The notes under the pieces are model-generated. The model was given only the letters and a program-made list of their open reading frames with translations. It was not told where the DNA came from and did no database searches. DNA of 64,000 nt. It comes from Planctomycetota bacterium (lineage in GTDB: Bacteria; Planctomycetota; PLA2; JAEUHO01). Numbering within the stretch: position 1 is the stretch's first letter; each line of letters opens with the position of its first letter. Of the stretch, positions 48,665 to 59,459 are shown in pieces. Where the stretch lies: positions 13,113-77,112 of the forward strand of contig JASJDY010000014.1 in NCBI GenBank assembly GCA_030065025.1, written 5' to 3'. The position numbers were made by a program, and so were the translations under genes.

Positions 48665-50788
48665 CTAGCCGTCCTTGTTCCCGCCGACCTGGCCGCGCGG
48701 CGGCGGCGTGTACTTGAAGTCGGCCGGGTTCATCTTCATGACGACTTCGCGCAGGTACTCGTGGAACTCGTCGTTGATGTCTTCCCAGTCGTCTTCGTCG
48801 CGGATGCGGAAGGCTTCCTGGAAGGCCTTCGAGCCCATGCGCCCACCGGTCTCCCGGTGCAGCACGAGGTCGAAGAACTTGTCGAATTTGGCCTTGTACT
48901 TGCCGTTCTTGTAGTTGTTCAGGAAGTACGTGAACGCCCAGGACTGTTGATAGAACATCGACAGCACGAGGCCCGGGTTGAGCTGCCACGTGCCGGCGCC
49001 CCACGCCTGTACCTGACCGTAGGACTGGAAGCCGACCATCTTGTCCACGGGGAACAGCTTGTACTCACGGCCCTGCGACTTCGCGGCCTTCGCGAGGTTC
49101 TGCATGTTCTGCAGACGCGGCACGTTGACGCCCGTGAAGGTCAGCTGGCCTTCCTTGTCCATCTTGACGGAGCCGATGAACTCGGCGATGCCCTCGCCGA
49201 ACCAGTCCTGGCCGGGACGGGGCTTGCGCCAGCGGTTGCGCTGCCGCGTGAACCAGTACTCGAGCTGGTGCACGCCCTCGTGGACGTTCTTGTTGATCTC
49301 GAACACGCGGTTGCCGGGGTTGTCCGCCTCGTCGTAGAGGTAGACGTACGAGGTCGCCGGCGAGAAGTAGCCCGCGACGTTGTGCGGGATCATCTCCTTC
49401 TTGACCTTCGAGTGGTACTCCCGGAATGCCTTGTTGCTGTCGAAGATCCAGATCACGAGCGGCACGCCGTCCTGGTAGGAGCGCACGCCGATCGGATAGT
49501 CCGGACGGCCGCCGTACTCGTCCATGAGCGGCTTGAGGTTGAGGCTCTCCTTGTAGCGGTTGTAGAACTCGTTGTAGAGCTGCGTGAAGATCAGCGCCTT
49601 CTCGTCGAGGACCTTCTCGAACACCTCGCGCTTCTTGCGCAGCTCCTCGAGCTTGAGCCGCCGCTCCGCCTTGTCCTCGATCGAGAGCAGGTCGTACTCA
49701 CTGAGGCGCTCGGTGGACGCGTAGCAGATCAGGTACGGATCGGCCCAGCGAGCGGCATAGTTGTAGTCCTTGAACCACTTGTCCTTCGCGATGTTGGCGC
49801 GGATGCCGATGCCGGCGCGGAAGCGGTGGTCGTTGATGAGCCGGTCGAGATGCTCCTGGGTCTTCTTCCAGGCGCGCATCGCGATCTTGTACTCCTCGTC
49901 CTCATCCGGTCCGAACCAGTGCTTCTGGTAGGCGGTGGTGACGGCGCGGAGGTAGTCGAAGTCGCGGAACGAGATGTCCTCGGGGATCTCGTGGCGGAAC
50001 TCCTTGTAGCCGAGGAACGTGCGCGCCTCGCGGTCGTCGCGGCCGGGCCCCTCGATGTAGTCCTCGTAGACGGTGCGCAGCGCGTTCTTCGAGTCGGCGT
50101 CGTCGATCGCCTTCAGCCGCTCGATGTACCCGCGGTACTGCTTCTTCATCGTCGGGCGCTCGGTCGCGTAGTCGCCCATCACGTCCCGGACGGTCTCGGT
50201 CGGCTCGGGCTCGGGTGCCGTGCCGCCGCCGTTCCCGGCGACCTCGGTGCCGCCGCCGCCGCCCGACGGCTTGTCGCCCTTCTCGCCCCCCATCGCGATG
50301 AGGAGGATGACGATGAGCAGCACGACGCCACCGGCGCCGATCAGCAGCCCCTTGTTCGGGCCCGCCGCCGGGCGTGCGCCGCGGCGGCCGCCTTCATCCT
50401 CGCCACCCCCGCGTGCGGCGCGGGCACCGCGGCGGCTCGCCGGGGCCTTCTTCTGGACGCCGGGCTTCTTCGCGGCCGGGCCGCCGGCGCGCTGCACCGG
50501 CTTGTACTGGGGCCCGCGCGACGGGGCGGCAGGTCCGCCGGCGACGGCCTTCTGACCGGGCACGCGACGGCCGGGCTTGCGTCCCGCACTCCGCCCGGGC
50601 GTCCGGCCCGGCGTCCGTCCAGGCGTCTTCGTGCCGGGCGTCCGACCCGGGGCGCGCTTGGCGGCGGGAGCCGCGGCTCCGCCGGCGGTGAGCACCTCGC
50701 CGCACGAGCCGCAGGTGAACTGCTCTCCCGGCTGGTAGGGCGTGATGTCGAACTGGGCGCCACACTTCGTGCACGCTTGCAGCTTCAT
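48665..50788 (-). CDS. Zn-ribbon + low-complexity linker + TM + HExxH (DUF1570-like) domain protein
   Basis: CTKC/CGSC, PGRT repeats, single TM, NVAGYF, HEGVHQ, WFGEGIAEF, YQQSWAFTYFL. Confidence 0.75.
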   Translation of the reverse strand: MKLQACTKCGAQFDITPYQPGEQFTCGSCGEVLTAGGAAAPAAKRAPGRTPGTKTPGRTPGRTPGRSAGRKPGRRVPGQKAVAGGPAAPSRGPQYKPVQRAGGPAAKKPGVQKKAPASRRGARAARGGGEDEGGRRGARPAAGPNKGLLIGAGGVVLLIVILLIAMGGEKGDKPSGGGGGTEVAGNGGGTAPEPEPTETVRDVMGDYATERPTMKKQYRGYIERLKAIDDADSKNALRTVYEDYIEGPGRDDREARTFLGYKEFRHEIPEDISFRDFDYLRAVTTAYQKHWFGPDEDEEYKIAMRAWKKTQEHLDRLINDHRFRAGIGIRANIAKDKWFKDYNYAARWADPYLICYASTERLSEYDLLSIEDKAERRLKLEELRKKREVFEKVLDEKALIFTQLYNEFYNRYKESLNLKPLMDEYGGRPDYPIGVRSYQDGVPLVIWIFDSNKAFREYHSKVKKEMIPHNVAGYFSPATSYVYLYDEADNPGNRVFEINKNVHEGVHQLEYWFTRQRNRWRKPRPGQDWFGEGIAEFIGSVKMDKEGQLTFTGVNVPRLQNMQNLAKAAKSQGREYKLFPVDKMVGFQSYGQVQAWGAGTWQLNPGLVLSMFYQQSWAFTYFLNNYKNGKYKAKFDKFFDLVLHRETGGRMGSKAFQEAFRIRDEDDWEDINDEFHEYLREVVMKMNPADFKYTPPPRGQVGGNKDG

Positions 50789-50940
50789 CGGAACTCCTTC
50801 GTGCGCCGGCCTGGGAACGGCCCGACGGCGCTGCGGACGGGAGGCGGTCGTCCCCCCCGGAAGAGCGATTTATAGCACGCGGAGAGGCGACACAGCGGGC
50901 CCTGGCGGCGCGCTGATCCGGTTCGGAACTGGGGCCTGGG

Positions 50941-51765
50941 TCACCACTTGAAGCCGAAGGTCTTCTCGTTGGCCTCGAACCACTTCTTGGCCTCGGCGGT
51001 CTTGTCGAACTCCTGCCCGGTCAGCGCCTTGAGGGCCTCGACCACGGCGGGCTTGGCTTCCTTCCACATCTTCCAGCGCCGCTCCCACCAGTCGGCCGGC
51101 GGGTTCGAGCCCGAGTTGACGTTCGTCGCCATGGGCTCGTCCAGCTCCTCGGCAAGCCGCCGACAGAGCCGCTTGTCCTTCGCGATGCGGACGTAGTCCG
51201 CCATCGCGGCGAGCGCGGGTGCCAACGTCGGGTTGGGATTGCCGATGATCCAGCGCCAGCTGCGCTCGACCTCGTCGAACTGCTTGTCGTTCAGGGTGAG
51301 TCCGGCGCGGGGCCACGACTTGAGCACGATGGCCTTCACCTGGTACCGCTTCTTGTTGACCTTGCGGTCGCCGAAGGTCGCGGCCCACACCTTCTTGGCC
51401 ACCTTCTTGTGATTGCGCCACTCCCACATCGCGGCCACCTTGAGCGACACGAGGCTCGAGGGGTGCTTGAGGAGCTTCAGCAGCGGCTTCTCGAACTCCT
51501 TGTGCTGCAGGTTCTCGATCTTCTCGAGCACGGGCAGCACCTCGGTGGCGTTCTTCTTCTTGGAGATCTTCTTGATCTCGGCGGCGAGCGCCTTGGCCTT
51601 CTTGTCCTCGACGGACTCGAGGGGACTCGTCTCGGTCTCTTCCGCGGCCTCGTCGGCAGCGTCCTCCTCGGCGATGGCGGTCCCCGGACCGACCCCGGCG
51701 AGCAACAGCAGGAGGAGCGCCCAGACGAAGACGAGGGCGATCGGGATATCGGGACGCTGGCTCAT
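50941..51765 (-). CDS. Exported helical (HEAT-like) hypothetical protein
   Basis: AGGAGGTG RBS before ATG 51765, signal peptide, acidic linker, C-terminal LKALTGQEF..W motif. Confidence 0.7.
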   Translation of the reverse strand: MSQRPDIPIALVFVWALLLLLLAGVGPGTAIAEEDAADEAAEETETSPLESVEDKKAKALAAEIKKISKKKNATEVLPVLEKIENLQHKEFEKPLLKLLKHPSSLVSLKVAAMWEWRNHKKVAKKVWAATFGDRKVNKKRYQVKAIVLKSWPRAGLTLNDKQFDEVERSWRWIIGNPNPTLAPALAAMADYVRIAKDKRLCRRLAEELDEPMATNVNSGSNPPADWWERRWKMWKEAKPAVVEALKALTGQEFDKTAEAKKWFEANEKTFGFKW

Positions 51766-51800
51766 GCGGCACCTCCTCGGCACCGATGGTAGCGCCTCCG

Positions 51801-53222
51801 CTACGGCTCATCCAACGGGTCTGAGAAGTCAGCCGTCCGCGCGTAGATGTCGGCGGGACCGTCGCGGAAGTCGTACCAGACCACGACCGCGAACGGTCCG
51901 TCGCAGCAGAGGCGCGGCGCGAGCGATGCACTGACGCCGGGCGGATCTCCGTCCATGCGCACCACCGGGCGGAGCCAGGTGCCGCCGCCATCGGGAGAGT
52001 GGGTCAGCAGGACGTCGGCGGAACCGTTCAAATCGTCGGTCCAGGTGACGTGCAGATCCGGGCCGCTGCAGCAGATCCGGGGAACGGAGGAGTAGTCAGC
52101 ACCCGGCACGTCGTCCCCGAGGCGGCGCTGCGCAGGGAGCCAGGTCGTGCCGCCGTCCTCGGTACAGTCGAAGTAGACGTCGGTCGTCGGCTGGAACTCC
52201 GGAAACGGCGGCGGCGAGTGCCGCTCGTCGCTCCACACGACATAGGCCCGCAGGCCTTCGGCGCACAGATGCGGCCAGCGGGCTGCCGTGACGCCGTCGT
52301 CGATCTGCCTGTCGTCCGGTAGCCAGCTCGCGCCGCCGTCCAGCGAACGGTTGAAGACCACGTGCGGGATGCCCACGCGGATGTCGGTCCAGACGACGTA
52401 CACGTTGCTCCCGCTGCACGCCATGCGCGGCCGGAACGCGAAGGCGGCAGCATCGCTCACCGGCGTCTCGGCCTGCGGCCACGTCGTACCGGCGTCGAGC
52501 GAGGCCGCAAAGCGCACCCCGGCCCCGGTACCACCGGCATCACCGATCCAGGCAACGTAGACGGCATCCCCTGCGCAGCAGATCACCGGTTCTTCCGCAC
52601 CGTCGGTCGGAAGGGTGCCCGGATCGGTGTCGATGCGTACGTCGTCCGGCAGCCAGCTCGAGCCGCCGTCGAGCGAACGATTGAAGCGGATGTCCCACGT
52701 GCCGTCGCGCTTGTCGCTCCACGCCACGTAGACCTTGCTGCCGGCGCAGCAGATCACGGGCTCGCGGCTGGCGGCGACGCCGGGGAGGTCCGTGTCGAGC
52801 CGCACGTCCTGCGCCAGCCACGTGGCACCCGCGTCCAGCGACCGGTTGAAGTGGATATCGGGCTCGCCGCTGCGCTCGTCGTACCAGACGACGTACACGG
52901 CGTCGCCGCTGCAGCAGATGCGGGGGATGTTCGAGATGGCGGCGCCGGGGAGGTCCGTGTCGAGCCGCACGTCCTCCTCGAGCCAGGTCACACCCCCATC
53001 GAGCGAGCGGTTGAAGTAGATGTCGAGGTTCTCGTTGCGGCGGTCGTACCAGACGACGTACGTCCGCAGCCCGTCGCAGCAGATCTCGGGGCCGAAGGAC
53101 AGATCGACTCCGGCGCCGTCGGTGTTCAGCCGCGTCTCCCCGGAACCGGCCGGGGGCGGCGGCTGCCCGTCCCCTCCGCCGCAGGCAGCGAGCAGCACGG
53201 CGAGCAGGGGCAACCAGCGCAT
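51801..53222 (-). CDS. BNR/Asp-box (sialidase-like) beta-propeller lipoprotein
   Basis: Lipobox LAAC, 7 Asp-boxes SxDxGxTW, 8 Cys-containing repeats. Confidence 0.8.
   Translation of the reverse strand: MRWLPLLAVLLAACGGGDGQPPPPAGSGETRLNTDGAGVDLSFGPEICCDGLRTYVVWYDRRNENLDIYFNRSLDGGVTWLEEDVRLDTDLPGAAISNIPRICCSGDAVYVVWYDERSGEPDIHFNRSLDAGATWLAQDVRLDTDLPGVAASREPVICCAGSKVYVAWSDKRDGTWDIRFNRSLDGGSSWLPDDVRIDTDPGTLPTDGAEEPVICCAGDAVYVAWIGDAGGTGAGVRFAASLDAGTTWPQAETPVSDAAAFAFRPRMACSGSNVYVVWTDIRVGIPHVVFNRSLDGGASWLPDDRQIDDGVTAARWPHLCAEGLRAYVVWSDERHSPPPFPEFQPTTDVYFDCTEDGGTTWLPAQRRLGDDVPGADYSSVPRICCSGPDLHVTWTDDLNGSADVLLTHSPDGGGTWLRPVVRMDGDPPGVSASLAPRLCCDGPFAVVVWYDFRDGPADIYARTADFSDPLDEP
52778..52975. repeat. 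33-bp exact direct repeat inside the BNR gene
   Basis: CGCCGGGGAGGTCCGTGTCGAGCCGCACGTCCT at 52778-52810 and 52943-52975. Confidence 0.85.
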
Positions 53223-53324
53223 GGGCTCATCCTACGGCCTGCGCGCGAGCGCGCTCGGACGGGATGTTCACGTCGGAGCGATCCGGCCCTTATGCTCCGG
53301 CGCTGGTCAGCCCCCGGAGACGCC

Positions 53325-53816
53325 ATGCCGCCCCGTGCCCTATTCGACCTGTCCAAGGTGGACCCCGCCCAGGTGGCCGCCGACATCGAGACGATCCGCG
53401 AGAGCAACCCGCAGCGCTACGAGTTCGAGCAGCTCTCGCACATCTGCTACGTGGACAAGGAGGTGGGCGAGCTCGCGGGCGTGCTCGACGTGCCCGAGGA
53501 CGTGTGGTGGGGACGGGGCCACGTGCCCGAACGCCCCCTCATGCCGGGCGTGCTGATGCTCGAGTCGGCTGCGCAGCTGTGCTCGTGGTTCGTGCACCAG
53601 GTGTACGACGCCAAGAAGTACCCGGGTCGCATGTTCGGCTTCGGCGGCATCGACGACGTCAAGTACCGCTCGGCGATCTTCCCGCCGGACCGCATGATCA
53701 TCGTCGGCAAGGCCAAGAGCATCCGCCCGCGCCGCGCCATCTTCGAGACCCAGGGCTACCACGACGACATGGAGCGGATGGTCTTCCAGGCGACGATCAC
53801 GGGTCTCTGGATCTGA
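53325..53816 (+). CDS. FabA/FabZ-like 3-hydroxyacyl-ACP dehydratase (hot-dog fold)
   Basis: QRYEF, GHVPERPLMPGVLMLESAAQL, FGGIDDVKYR. GGAG RBS before ATG 53325. Confidence 0.8.
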   Translation: MPPRALFDLSKVDPAQVAADIETIRESNPQRYEFEQLSHICYVDKEVGELAGVLDVPEDVWWGRGHVPERPLMPGVLMLESAAQLCSWFVHQVYDAKKYPGRMFGFGGIDDVKYRSAIFPPDRMIIVGKAKSIRPRRAIFETQGYHDDMERMVFQATITGLWI

Positions 53817-53825
53817 GCGAGCGCC

Positions 53826-54356
53826 TCAGCAGCTCACCATCCCGTCCCACTTGCCCTCGCAGTGGCGCTTGGCCTGCTCGACGTAGTGGGCGGCATGGCG
53901 GATGGCCTGCGACGTACGCTCCCACCCTTCGTGCTGGCGGATGACCTTCGCCGGTGAGCCCACGACGAGGCTGAACGGCGGGATCTCCGTGTTCTCCAGC
54001 ACGAGGGCGCCCGCGCCGATGATGGCGCCCTCCCCCACCTTCGTGCCTCCGAGCAGGATCGCGCCCATGCCGATCAGGGCGAAGTCACCGACCTCGACGC
54101 CGTGCACGAGCGCGCCGTGACCGATCGTGCAGTCCGCACCGATCGAGTTGGGGTAGCCCGGATCCACGTGGACGACCGCGTTGTCCTGGATGTTCGTGCG
54201 GGCGCCGATGCTGATGGCGGCGTCGTCGCCGCGGATCATCACGCCGTACCAGATGTTGGCGTCCTCCCCGAGCTTCACCTTCCCGGTGACGGTGGCGGTG
54301 TCGGCGATGTAGGCGTTGCCGACGCGCAGCATGCGGGACTTGCGGAGTTCGCTCAT
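53826..54356 (-). CDS. Gamma-class carbonic anhydrase family hexapeptide-repeat protein
   Basis: IWYGVMIRGD, TNIQDNAVVH, TIGHGALVHG, GSPAKVIR. ATG 54356. Confidence 0.9.
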   Translation of the reverse strand: MSELRKSRMLRVGNAYIADTATVTGKVKLGEDANIWYGVMIRGDDAAISIGARTNIQDNAVVHVDPGYPNSIGADCTIGHGALVHGVEVGDFALIGMGAILLGGTKVGEGAIIGAGALVLENTEIPPFSLVVGSPAKVIRQHEGWERTSQAIRHAAHYVEQAKRHCEGKWDGMVSC

Positions 54357-55419
54357 GATGCGGACCTCAGGAGGACGAGGGGGACCATCGTGACGCCATT
54401 GTGGATCGCATGCGCGATGATCACAGCAGCAAGCGAGTTCGTGGTCTCGAAGATCCAGGTCAGCACGAGCGCGAGCACGAACAGCGGGATCACCGCGAAC
54501 AGGTTCCAGTGCACGACGGCGAAGATGGCCGAGATGAAGATGGCCGAGATCCACATGGCCCGGCGGCCGCCCCCGAGCGCGTGCTTGAGGCCGGGGTAGA
54601 GCATGCCGCGGAAGATGCACTCCTCGGTGAACGGCGCGACGACGATGCCGAAGAACACCATGAGCCAGGCGCCACTGTCCGTCGGCCCGTCCACGACGTC
54701 CTGGACGGGTCCCTGCGTCACCGGCTCGGCCCCGAAGCCGTTCAGGAGCAATGCCCAGCCGAGCGTCGCGGGGATGACCAGCACGCCCGCCACGCAGTAG
54801 GTCCAGAGGCCGACCCCGAACGCGCGGCCGAGGCCCGGCGCCTTGGTCGGCACCGGCGCGCCGGGTCCGAAGCGCGCCTCGATCTCCTCCTGCGAGCTCC
54901 GCTCCAACCGCTGGCGTCGGAGCACCAGCAGGATCGCGACGGCGGCCCCGCCCACGACCATGCCCAGCACGGTCTGCCACGTCGGGATCGCGACATCGGG
55001 TCGGCCCTGGGCCAGCAGCATGATCACGAGGTAGGGCACAAGAGCGAGCGCCGCGACGGCCCAGATGAGCGCCTCGCCGAACGAGAACGCCAGCGTCGGC
55101 ACGGCCCGCGGCGGTGGCGGCAGCACGCCGCCCTTGATCTTGTCCCGCTTCAGGAACCAGAGGACCAACAGCAGGATGCCGATGCCGATGGGCACGAAGC
55201 GACCGAGGATGAGCGCCCAGCGGGCCGCGTCGTTCGCGAAGATGCGCTCCTCGAGCTCGCCGGACTTGAGATCGCGCTTCTCGAGCGCGCTCTTGTCTGC
55301 AGGCCGGGCCCCTTCGCTGTCCTCGTCCTCCGCCGCCAGGCCGGGGGCCGCGAACGCCAGCAGCACGCCGACCGTCAAGAGGACGGCGAGCGCGACGCGG
55401 AGTAGCTCGGGAACGCGCG

Positions 55420-55423
<4 letters not shown>
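54353..55423 (-). CDS. CPBP family intramembrane metalloprotease (Abi/CAAX)
   Basis: [21 protein letters not shown]. Confidence 0.85.
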
Positions 55424-56217
<794 letters not shown>

Positions 56218-56222
56218 GGGAT

Positions 56223-56459
56223 CTATCCCCCACCTACGAACGTGACGACCTCGACCTTGTCGCCGGCGGCGAGCGTGTGTCGCTCGTGCTCGGCCTTGGG
56301 CACCACCGCGCCATTGACCTCGACGGCTACGCGCTGCTCGGCGAGATCGAGCTGGGCGATCAGCGCCGCGACCGTGGGCGCGCCCTCGGAGGCGGCGAGC
56401 TCGTGCGGGTCTCCGTTGAGCGTGATGGCGACGGCGGGCGCGGACATGCGCGTAACCAT
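56223..56459 (-). CDS. thiS: Sulfur carrier protein ThiS
   Basis: ITLNG, VAVEVNG, C-terminal VVTFVGGG. Confidence 0.95.
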   Translation of the reverse strand: MVTRMSAPAVAITLNGDPHELAASEGAPTVAALIAQLDLAEQRVAVEVNGAVVPKAEHERHTLAAGDKVEVVTFVGGG

Positions 56460-56492
56460 ACGTACGAGCCCAGGACTGCCAACGCCGGATAC

Positions 56493-56587
56493 GGAGCCAG
56501 GCTCGCGATTCCACCACTTCGCTGTAAGGCAAGCAGGAGCATGCGAGCGCGGTGGGCGGCGAAGATGGTGGAATCGAGCCAGGCTCC
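56493..56587. repeat. ~30-bp imperfect inverted repeat with 36-nt loop
   Basis: GGAGCCAGGCTCGCGATTCCACCACTTCGC (56493-522) against GCGAAGATGGTGGAATCGAGCCAGGCTCC (56559-587). Confidence 0.8.
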
Positions 56588-56606
56588 TGTTGGAAGTGCG
56601 GCCGGC

Positions 56607-57929
56607 TCACTGGGTCGCGTCTTCGTCTCCTCCGACGACCTTCTTCTCCCACTTGTAGAGGTCCACGACCTGGGCGAGCGTCTCGCCGCCGTCCTGGATC
56701 TCGGCGCGGATCCGGTTCTCGGCCTCGAGGCAGTACATCGCGCGGTTGGCGATCTCGACGGCCTTCGCCTGCGGCACCACGAGCACGCCGTCGGCGTCCC
56801 CGACGATCCAGTCGCCCGGACGCACCTCGATGCCCTCGACCCGCAGCGTCACGCCGATCTCGCCGAAGCCCTTCGGCTCGCCGGCGTTGCTCGACACGGC
56901 GCGTGCGAACACGGGCAGGCCGAGCGCGCGGATGTCGCGCGTGTCGCGGATCGCGCCGAGCACGACTACGCCGGCGAGGCCCCGGTTCTTCGCGGAGTGC
57001 GTCGCGAGCTCCCCCCACACGGCGGGCGGCGTGCCGCGGGCATCGATGACGAGGACGTCGCCCGGCTCGCACGTGTCGATGGCCTCGACGGGCTTGGCCC
57101 AGTCACCCGGCACGGTGCGACACGTCACGGCACGTCCGGCGATCCGTGCTTCCGGCGCCGTGAGGATCAAGCCGTGCCAGCCCGGCGCGCGGTGCATCGC
57201 GTCCGAGACGTTCGGCGTGGAGACCTGCATGAAGATGCGGCGGATCCCGTCCTCGCTCGAGACGCGGTCGGCCATCTCGCTCTCGCCGGGGAGTCCCGTG
57301 GCCATCGCCTCGAGGATGGCGGCCGCGGCGCTCTCGGCATCGCGGGCCTTGGTGATCGCTCCGCCTACGATGACGACGTTGGCGCCCGCCTCGACGGCTT
57401 CCGGCGCCGTCTTGGCCGTGATGCCGCCCGCGACGGTCACGGGGATCGACACGGCCGCGCGCACGGCGCGCAGCGTCTCGAACGGGTCGCCCCCGCGCAC
57501 CTGCTCGTCGATCGGGCAGTGCACGTTGACCGCGTCCGCGCCGGCTTCCGCCGCGAACGCGGCCCGGGCGACAGGGTCTTCGCAGCCGAGGAGGTCGACC
57601 AGCACGCGGATGCCGTAGTTGCGCCCGGCCTCGACGCACTCCTCGATCGTGGCGTCCGAGGCCACGCCGAGCACCGTGCCCCACGTGGCGCCCGCCTTGG
57701 CGGCTGCCTCCAACTCGAGCCGACCCGCGTCCATCGTCTTGGCGTCGCAGACGATGTCGCTCTTCGGGAAGGCCTCGCGGAGCTGGCGCACCGCGTCGAG
57801 GCCCTCGGCCTTCAGCAGGGGTGTGCCGACCTCGAGGATCAGGTCCCCCGCACGGACGGCCTCGCGGGCCGCGCGCAGCGCGCGATGGAGGTCGACCTGA
57901 TCGAGGGCAAGCTGCAGACGGGCGTTCAT
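56607..57929 (-). CDS. 3-hexulose-6-phosphate synthase fused to an RraA/HMG-aldolase domain
   Basis: N-terminal [22 protein letters not shown]-terminal [34 protein letters not shown]. Confidence 0.85.
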   Translation of the reverse strand: MNARLQLALDQVDLHRALRAAREAVRAGDLILEVGTPLLKAEGLDAVRQLREAFPKSDIVCDAKTMDAGRLELEAAAKAGATWGTVLGVASDATIEECVEAGRNYGIRVLVDLLGCEDPVARAAFAAEAGADAVNVHCPIDEQVRGGDPFETLRAVRAAVSIPVTVAGGITAKTAPEAVEAGANVVIVGGAITKARDAESAAAAILEAMATGLPGESEMADRVSSEDGIRRIFMQVSTPNVSDAMHRAPGWHGLILTAPEARIAGRAVTCRTVPGDWAKPVEAIDTCEPGDVLVIDARGTPPAVWGELATHSAKNRGLAGVVVLGAIRDTRDIRALGLPVFARAVSSNAGEPKGFGEIGVTLRVEGIEVRPGDWIVGDADGVLVVPQAKAVEIANRAMYCLEAENRIRAEIQDGGETLAQVVDLYKWEKKVVGGDEDATQ

Positions 57930-58024
57930 GGGGCGCCCAAGCTACCCGGCCTGCTCCTCCGGCACAGCCCGCGCAGGTGCCCAGAAATGGACGTTCGCGC
58001 GTCGTTTGCCACCCCTCCGCCCGC

Positions 58025-58137
58025 TTGACGGGGGGTGTAGGTCGACGGACACTCTCCCCCCTGCACCTGCGGCTTGACCAAAGGCGGGCAGCGTCCCTCG
58101 GGGCGGCCCCGCCTTTTTTCGTGCCCGCAGGGGCAGG
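58025..58137 (+). promoter_or_regulatory. Promoter plus structured leader / terminator-like hairpin upstream of nusA
   Basis: TTGACG-17-GACACT. Inner stem AAAGGCGGG/CCCGCCTTT followed by a T-run, nested in outer stem 58060-72/58125-37. Confidence 0.6.
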
Positions 58138-58191
58138 CGACGTCCTCCGGGACGGCGCACAGACCCCAGCAATCCGGCCCGAGGAGAGACC

Positions 58192-59379
58192 ATGGATCCC
58201 GCCGACATCCTGCGCTTTGCCGACGTCGTCCATCGCGATCGTGGCATCGAGAAGGAGATCGTGTTCTCGGCCATCGAGCAGGGCATGCTCACGGCGGCGC
58301 GCAAGCGCTTCGGCGAGGACGCCGTGATCGAGTGCCGCCTCGACCGCCGCACGGGCGAGATCGACTGCCTGGTGAACGGCCAGAAGCGCTCCGTCGAGTT
58401 CGGCCGCATCGCCGCGCAGACCGCGCGCCAGGTGATGAACCAGCGCATCCGCGAGGCCGAGCGCGACAAGCACCTCGACGAGTACAACCGCCGTCTGAAC
58501 TCGATCGTGACCGGCAGCATCCAGCGCATCGAGTCCGGCAACCTGATCGTCAACATGGGCCGCGTCGAGGGCATCGTCCCGCGCTCGGAGCAGATCCGCG
58601 GCGAGACGTTCAAGGTCGGCGACCGCATTCGCGCCTTCCTCTTCGAGGTGCGTCCGATGGGCCAGCGCGTGCGCATCGTGCTCTCGCGCAGCCGCCCCGA
58701 CTTCGTCGCGAAGCTGTTCGAGCTGGAGGTCCCGGAGATCGCCGACGGCGTCATCGTCGTGCGCCGCATCGAACGCGAGGCCGGCTACAAGACGAAGCTG
58801 GCGGTCGAGTCGCTCGACACGAAGGTCGACCCGATCGGCGCCTGCGTCGGCGTACGCGGCAGCCGCATCCGCAACATCATCGACGAGCTCAACGGCGAGA
58901 AAGTCGACATCCTCAAGTTCGAGGAGCAGCCGGAGATGATGATCGCGACGGCGCTGAAGCCGGCGCAGATCAACTCGATCACGCTGAACTGGGACACGCA
59001 CGTCGCAGACGTGCTGGTGGACGAGGATCAGCTCAGCCTGGCCATCGGCCGCCGCGGCGCGAACGTCCGCCTGGCATCGCGCCTCGCGGACTGGGAGATC
59101 AACATCGCCGGCGAGCCGCTGGGTGACGTGCCCGGGGAGCAGCCCGCGGAGGGTGCCGAGGCCGGCGACGGCTCCGAGGCCGCAGAGGGCGAGGAGCCCG
59201 CAGCGGCCGCGGAAGCCGAGTCCGAGGGGGCCGCGGAGGCCCCCGAGGCCCCTGCGGCGGACGCCGAGGCGCCCGCGGCGGAGGCCGAGGCGCCCGCGGC
59301 GGAGGCTGAGGCGCCGCCCGTGCCGGGTGACGACGAGCCGGACGCCGAATCCGCGAAGGAGTCCCCCGCGGGGAGTTGA
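58192..59379 (+). CDS. nusA: Transcription termination/antitermination factor NusA
   Basis: FGRIAAQTARQV, S1 domain, KH motifs DPIGACVGVRGSRI and SLAIGRRGANVRLA, acidic Ala/Glu/Pro tail. Confidence 0.95.
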   Translation: MDPADILRFADVVHRDRGIEKEIVFSAIEQGMLTAARKRFGEDAVIECRLDRRTGEIDCLVNGQKRSVEFGRIAAQTARQVMNQRIREAERDKHLDEYNRRLNSIVTGSIQRIESGNLIVNMGRVEGIVPRSEQIRGETFKVGDRIRAFLFEVRPMGQRVRIVLSRSRPDFVAKLFELEVPEIADGVIVVRRIEREAGYKTKLAVESLDTKVDPIGACVGVRGSRIRNIIDELNGEKVDILKFEEQPEMMIATALKPAQINSITLNWDTHVADVLVDEDQLSLAIGRRGANVRLASRLADWEINIAGEPLGDVPGEQPAEGAEAGDGSEAAEGEEPAAAAEAESEGAAEAPEAPAADAEAPAAEAEAPAAEAEAPPVPGDDEPDAESAKESPAGS

Positions 59380-59459
59380 GCCTGCGCGCGCGGGTCCGGT
59401 ACCATCCCCGGTTCAATACCGATTCGACGCATCGAAACGACAAGAGGACAAGACACGGT

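Noticed and set aside
56460-56606. TPP riboswitch upstream of thiS-thiG
   Set aside because: The conserved CTGAGA and CCTGA..GGGA elements are absent. Only a long inverted repeat is present.
59200-59340. 21-bp tandem repeat in the nusA 3' end
   Set aside because: Encodes an ordinary low-complexity AEAPA acidic tail. No sign of a separate function.
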